DNA of 32,000 bases from a cyanobacterium endosymbiont of Braarudosphaera bigelowii (GTDB lineage Bacteria > Cyanobacteriota > Cyanobacteriia > Cyanobacteriales > Microcystaceae). A model generated the notes under the pieces. That model was not told the DNA's origin, searched no databases, and saw only the letters and a list, made by a program, of their open reading frames with translations. Positions 27,247-32,000 of this stretch are shown one piece after another. Position 1 is the stretch's first letter. Each line of letters begins with the position of its first letter. The stretch is taken from contig NZ_AP024987.1 of assembly GCF_020885515.1 (NCBI RefSeq), positions 450,001-482,000 on the forward strand, written 5' to 3'. Made by a program: the position numbers and the translations under genes.

Positions 27247-27852
27247 ATGAACTTTTTTCGTGATCAGGTTAATAGTTTTACAGGCAAGACTCGTTTTCTA
27301 GTTTCCCGTATTTTTTTGCATCTTTCAGGAGAAGATATAGCTCCTTTATTAGGAATTCTTAATGAAGAAGCACGAGTAGCGGTAGAACAAGAGGGAGATT
27401 TGCTTATAATGGGAGAAGGATTAGTTAGGATTTGCCAATATCTTCTTCAGCTTAGTTTTAATTGGCAATCGTCTGCTAACGAGGGAGATATTTTTTGGGA
27501 AGAAGATACTGCAGGAGATTATTTTAATGAACTTTTTACTGATTCAGGGCAACGTTACTTAAGTAATGAAGACTTAGAATCGGATACAGAAAAAGAAGAA
27601 TCTACTCTAGTTTTACCAGCTAATCGTAATTTAGTTATTATGATTACTATTGCTTGTACAGGAGAAGTGCCAGATTTGGAAACTAACCTTGCTGATAAAG
27701 AAGCGTTAGAATATGGATTAAAAGCTTTGTTGAACCTTCATTATCAAGAACGTTTAGAAGCACTACAAATTCATTATTCTCCAGCACATTTTGGAGATGA
27801 GCTCACTAATGATCAATTATTACTAAATTTTCCTGAATTAGTTCCCTTATAA
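27247..27852 (+). CDS. hypothetical acidic soluble protein
   Basis: 201-aa ORF, Glu/Asp-rich, with no TM segment. The stop lies 13 nt before the next ORF (likely co-transcribed). No family recognised. Confidence 0.6.
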   Translation: MNFFRDQVNSFTGKTRFLVSRIFLHLSGEDIAPLLGILNEEARVAVEQEGDLLIMGEGLVRICQYLLQLSFNWQSSANEGDIFWEEDTAGDYFNELFTDSGQRYLSNEDLESDTEKEESTLVLPANRNLVIMITIACTGEVPDLETNLADKEALEYGLKALLNLHYQERLEALQIHYSPAHFGDELTNDQLLLNFPELVPL

Positions 27853-27865
27853 AATTATTGAGACA

Positions 27866-28708
27866 ATGCGCAAAATTATTATTATCTTTTTATCATTTAC
27901 TCTTTGTCTAACGACCATATCTTGTGGCTCTTCAACATTAAATGAATCTTTACCAAACAACAAAATAAAGACTTCCATTTCTAATCAAGTTAAAAATGGA
28001 AGTTACCCCATACAACAAGCAGAGTATAACGACATTAATGGAACATATACTCTGACATTGCTTAATACTCCTCCTGGAAAATCTTCTACATATAGTACAG
28101 ATAATTTACAAATGGCTAGGTTGACGCCTGAGCAAATAGCTAATGGTAAAAGTAATTATTTAGAAATCACCACGGATGCAGTAGTAATGTATATTAAAGA
28201 AGATTTTAAAATAGAGTATATTCATAATGTTACTGAGCCACAAACTAATGACCAAGTAGGGACCACTCAAAATATAGTAAGGAGAGAGTCTAGCTTTTGG
28301 AGTCCTTTCGCAGGAGCTATGGCCGGTCAAGCACTTGGAAGTATTCTATTTTCTCCCCGATACTATGTACCACCATTATATCATTCTGGACAAGTTATGA
28401 ATGGTTATGGCAGCTATGGAAGTAACTATAATCAAGCTGTTCAACGCTATCAAGAAAAATATAACAGTTCACCACCAGCAGTAAAAAATAGACAAACTTT
28501 TAGAACAACAAGAAATCTTCAAAAATCTACTTCAAATATACGTAATTCTAGAAGGGGAGCATCTCGTTCTAGTGGTTCTGGTTTTGGTTCAAGCAATTTA
28601 AGGAAAGGTAGTAGTTCAAGACCTAGTGTTAGAAGCAGATCTAGTTTTGGATCTAGAAATTCTTTCCGGTCTCGTCCTTCTACCCGTAGTTTTAGAAGAA
28701 GACGTTAA
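27866..28708 (+). CDS. hypothetical putative lipoprotein/membrane protein with Arg/Ser-rich basic C-terminal tail
   Basis: 280 aa. N-terminal signal with a Cys (FLSFTLCLTTISCGSS), a central hydrophobic segment FAGAMAGQALGSILF, and a ~75-aa C-terminus dominated by R/S/G (..RRGASRSSGSGFGSS..SSSRPSVRSRSSFGSRNSFRSRPSTRSFRRRR). Confidence 0.6.
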   Translation: MRKIIIIFLSFTLCLTTISCGSSTLNESLPNNKIKTSISNQVKNGSYPIQQAEYNDINGTYTLTLLNTPPGKSSTYSTDNLQMARLTPEQIANGKSNYLEITTDAVVMYIKEDFKIEYIHNVTEPQTNDQVGTTQNIVRRESSFWSPFAGAMAGQALGSILFSPRYYVPPLYHSGQVMNGYGSYGSNYNQAVQRYQEKYNSSPPAVKNRQTFRTTRNLQKSTSNIRNSRRGASRSSGSGFGSSNLRKGSSSRPSVRSRSSFGSRNSFRSRPSTRSFRRRR

Positions 28709-28825
28709 TTTTATTGATGGTAAAATTCATAAATCTATAAAAGATGACTAATCTTAATAGCTATTTTTTATAACTATGCTATTGTGACTTATTAGTATAA
28801 AAATAAAATGTATCTCTAAGAGATT

Positions 28826-28880
28826 AAATATAATAATCTTATTTATATAATAATTTTATATAAATAAGATTATTATATTT
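28826..28880. repeat. Perfect 25-bp inverted repeat, almost entirely A/T (28826-28850 / 28856-28880, 5-nt loop); possible terminator
   Basis: AAATATAATAATCTTATTTATATAA and TTATATAAATAAGATTATTATATTT are exact reverse complements. It lies 118 nt after the preceding stop codon. Confidence 0.55.
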
Positions 28881-28908
28881 TGTCAGTAACCTTAACTAAA
28901 TTTATATA
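28880..28908 (+). promoter_or_regulatory. Candidate promoter TTGTCA-N17-TATATA upstream of the mlaF-like gene
   Basis: TTGTCA at 28880-28885, starting on the last base of the hairpin, and TATATA at 28903-28908. About 110 nt upstream of the ATG at 29017. Confidence 0.35.
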
Positions 28909-29016
28909 AGCTATTTTTAATGAAACTTTTATGAATCTTAATCTCATATTTTGAAAACAGCTATTATTATAGTACTCACATAATTTTTCACATATTAATC
29001 TTAAAAAAGTAAATCA

Positions 29017-29802
29017 ATGAAAGGAGAACCATTAATTGAGTTGAAAAATGTTTCTAAATCTTTTGGTGGCTATAATATCCTAGATAACATTAATTTAACT
29101 ATCTATAGAGGAGAAGCTCTGGTCATTATAGGACCGTCAGGTACAGGTAAATCAACTATTTTACGTCTTATAGCTGGGTTACTATCATTAGATACAGGAA
29201 AAATTTATATTAAGGGTAAAGAACGTAAAGGAATTATTGAAGATGGTTACCAACCTATGCGGATTGCTTTAGTTTTTCAACAGGCAGCATTATTTGATTC
29301 ACTAACAGTTGATGAAAATGTTGGTTTTTTTCTCTATGAACATTCTAAATTATCTCGTCCCAAAATTCGAAAACTAGTTGATAAAAAACTAGCAATGGTA
29401 GGACTGCATGGAATAAGTGATCGTTATCCTTCTCAACTTTCAGGAGGAATGCGCAAGAGAGTTAGTTTTGCTAGAGCTTTAATGTCTAATCCTGAAAATT
29501 CCTTAGATAATCCAGAAATAGTTTTATATGATGAACCTACTGCTGGCTTAGATCCTATTTCTTCGACTGTTGTTGAGAACTTAGTTCGTGATTTACAAAA
29601 TGATTTTGAAGGCTGTGAAAGCTACGTCATGGTATCTCACCAAGATAGTACGATTAGACGTACTGCAGATAGAGTGATTTTTTTATATGGTGGAAAGATT
29701 CAATGGGAAGGAAAAGTCAATGAAATTGACTCTACAAATAATCCTATTGTTCGACAATTTTTTAATGCTAGTGTTAAAGGTCCTATTCGAGTAACTGATT
29801 AA
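29017..29802 (+). CDS. ABC transporter ATP-binding protein, MlaF/TGD3-like (lipid trafficking family)
   Basis: 261 aa. Walker A GPSGTGKST, signature LSGGMRKR, Walker B VLYDEPTAGLD. Immediately followed by an MCE-domain gene. Confidence 0.85.
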   Translation: MKGEPLIELKNVSKSFGGYNILDNINLTIYRGEALVIIGPSGTGKSTILRLIAGLLSLDTGKIYIKGKERKGIIEDGYQPMRIALVFQQAALFDSLTVDENVGFFLYEHSKLSRPKIRKLVDKKLAMVGLHGISDRYPSQLSGGMRKRVSFARALMSNPENSLDNPEIVLYDEPTAGLDPISSTVVENLVRDLQNDFEGCESYVMVSHQDSTIRRTADRVIFLYGGKIQWEGKVNEIDSTNNPIVRQFFNASVKGPIRVTD

Positions 29803-29863
29803 ACTATTGTATAAAAACAGTTGTTATTGTTAATTATTCTGTGGAACAATGTGAGGAAAAATT

Positions 29864-31114
29864 ATGTTAAGAATGCGAACCCTACAAGAAGGCTCAGTAG
29901 GCTTGTTTGTTATTTTCGGTTTAACCATTTTTGGAGGATTGGTTCTTTGGTTACGAGGTGGTGTTTTAGGCCAAAGGACTTATCAGTTTTTCGCTAATTT
30001 TAAAAATGTTAGTGGTCTACAAGTTGGTGCGCCTATAAGGTATAGAGGTGTAACTGTTGGAAAGATTCTAGGTCTTCAACCTAACAGCAATGGAGTAAGA
30101 GTTATTCTAGAAATTTCTTCTAATCAGTTAAGAATTCCAAAAGACTCTAACGTTCAAATTAACCGTTATGGGCTAATTGGTGAAGCTTCAGTTGATATTA
30201 CTCCATCCCATAATTTATCCGAACAAGAATTAAATATTGATCCCATTAGTGAAAAATGTATGAAAGAAAGACAAATACTTTGTAACAATGATGAGGTAGT
30301 AGGTAAGACTGGATCTCAACTAGTTGAAGCATTAACACGCTTAAGTAATGCTTATAGTGATCCTAAATTTATTGGCGATGTTAATTCAGCAGTAAGAAAT
30401 GTTTCTAAAGCAGGGGACAGAATTGCTATTCTTAGCCAAGAGGTCACAAAATTATCAGAAGTTGCTCGTGGCCAAATCGATGGTGTAGGAGATGCTATTC
30501 GTAATGCAGACCAAGCAGCGCAAGATGCTTCCAAACTAATAAGAAATGTTGACTCTGTTATAGTAGAAAATCGTACTAATGTTGATCGAACAATTCAGGG
30601 AGCTGCTAATTTAACTAACAATTTAAATAATTTAGTAGAAGAAAATAGAGAAAGTATAGTTAATACGTTAAATAGTATTGAACAAACTAGTGATCAAATA
30701 CGTTTATTGGCTATTAATTTTGGGGTAACAGTAGATAGTATTAATCAAGGTATCCATGAAATTAATATGGAACAATTTGCCAATAATCTTGAATCTTTAA
30801 TGTCTAATGCAGCACAAACAGCAAAAAATTTACAAAATTTATCTAAGTCCTTAAGTGATCCTGAAGTTATAATTACCATTCAAAAAACTTTAGATTCTGC
30901 ACGTGTTACTTTTGAAAATGCTCAAAAGATTACCTCTGATGTTGAAGAACTAACAGGTGATCCTATTTTCAGAAATAATATTCGTAAACTTATAGACGGT
31001 TTGGGTAATTTAGTAACTGATACTGAAAGTTTAGAACAACAAGTTTATGCTGCACAAATAATTGAATCAGTAACTAATGCAGTAGAATATAAATTGCTGT
31101 CGAAAAAAGACTAA
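29864..31114 (+). CDS. MCE-domain substrate-binding protein, MlaD/TGD2-like, with long helical C-terminal extension
   Basis: 416 aa. N-terminal TM helix, an MCE-type beta domain (FANFKNVSGLQVGAPIRYRGVTVGKI...GLIGEASVDITP), then ~250 aa of Asn/Gln/Glu-rich helical sequence. Confidence 0.8.
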   Translation: MLRMRTLQEGSVGLFVIFGLTIFGGLVLWLRGGVLGQRTYQFFANFKNVSGLQVGAPIRYRGVTVGKILGLQPNSNGVRVILEISSNQLRIPKDSNVQINRYGLIGEASVDITPSHNLSEQELNIDPISEKCMKERQILCNNDEVVGKTGSQLVEALTRLSNAYSDPKFIGDVNSAVRNVSKAGDRIAILSQEVTKLSEVARGQIDGVGDAIRNADQAAQDASKLIRNVDSVIVENRTNVDRTIQGAANLTNNLNNLVEENRESIVNTLNSIEQTSDQIRLLAINFGVTVDSINQGIHEINMEQFANNLESLMSNAAQTAKNLQNLSKSLSDPEVIITIQKTLDSARVTFENAQKITSDVEELTGDPIFRNNIRKLIDGLGNLVTDTESLEQQVYAAQIIESVTNAVEYKLLSKKD

Positions 31115-31583
31115 ACGAGTTTCTTCCTATTATCAATCCTTTAACTAATGCGATAGAAGATAATACAAAAACTTAAATATATTAGTAATAAAAAATAGAG
31201 TATTTTGGTAAAGAACAAAGTACTTAATTATGATCTCAATATGGAATTCATTGTAAAGTTTTTCATACTGAAATATTTCTAATATCGATATTAAGATTTA
31301 TAGTAAAGTGTTATGTTTATTAAACTTAATAGTTTTGTATTTAAAGCCCTTAGTCTATAAGATATTGAAGTATTGATTATTTTAATTTCAACAATCAATA
31401 TAATGTGGTTTAAAACAATATTGCTAAAAGAAAAGTAGGTTTTAACAATTTACAAGTAGTATATTTATCTCAATGTCCGAAATCGAAATAAATAAAAAAT
31501 CAAGAAAAATTTTAAGATGATTAAAACATAGCAAAACGCAAAGTATAATACAATGCATACAAAATATTTAGAGAGAATAATAA

Positions 31584-32000
<417 letters not shown>

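Noticed and set aside
30352-30534. 60-aa ORF on the minus strand
   Set aside because: Antisense inside the MCE-domain gene, at the minimum ORF length, with no support.

Overview
The window is AT-rich (roughly 30% GC by eye, not computed) and compact. It holds 30 protein-coding genes and one tRNA, and the gene content is clearly cyanobacterial. The cyanobacterial markers are a group-1 sigma factor SigA, phytoene desaturase Pds, GGPP synthase CrtE, a plant-type 2Fe-2S ferredoxin, a pentapeptide-repeat protein and HrcA. The remaining genes are housekeeping or envelope functions: GpmI, Pgm, LepA, SecG, RNase HI, CoaD, L21/L27, ModA, HpnH, TRAP DctQM, MlaF/MlaD-like proteins, a GT39-like glycosyltransferase and a Na+/solute symporter.

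Base composition plus this gene set suggest a reduced-genome unicellular cyanobacterium. An endosymbiont of the UCYN-A or diatom spheroid-body type is possible, but that is inference only and no search was run. I see no transposase, integrase, phage, CRISPR, toxin-antitoxin or recognisable defence genes, and I cannot support a new multi-gene system here.

The signals not explained by ordinary annotation are:
- Five unrelated, mismatch-free long inverted repeats (19-34 bp arms) sit at or next to gene 3' ends. One supplies the rpmA stop codon, and one has an arm inside a coding sequence.
- A promoter-like architecture, cTTGTCA-N17/18-TATAnT, recurs at five intergenic sites.
- One of those promoter-like sites is followed about 15 nt later by a hairpin plus T-tract. 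This gives a candidate ~60-nt sRNA or attenuator upstream of a TonB-like gene.
- A two-gene module of unknown function pairs an acidic protein with a putative lipoprotein that carries an Arg/Ser-rich basic tail.
- Several transporter and envelope genes lack their usual partner genes nearby.
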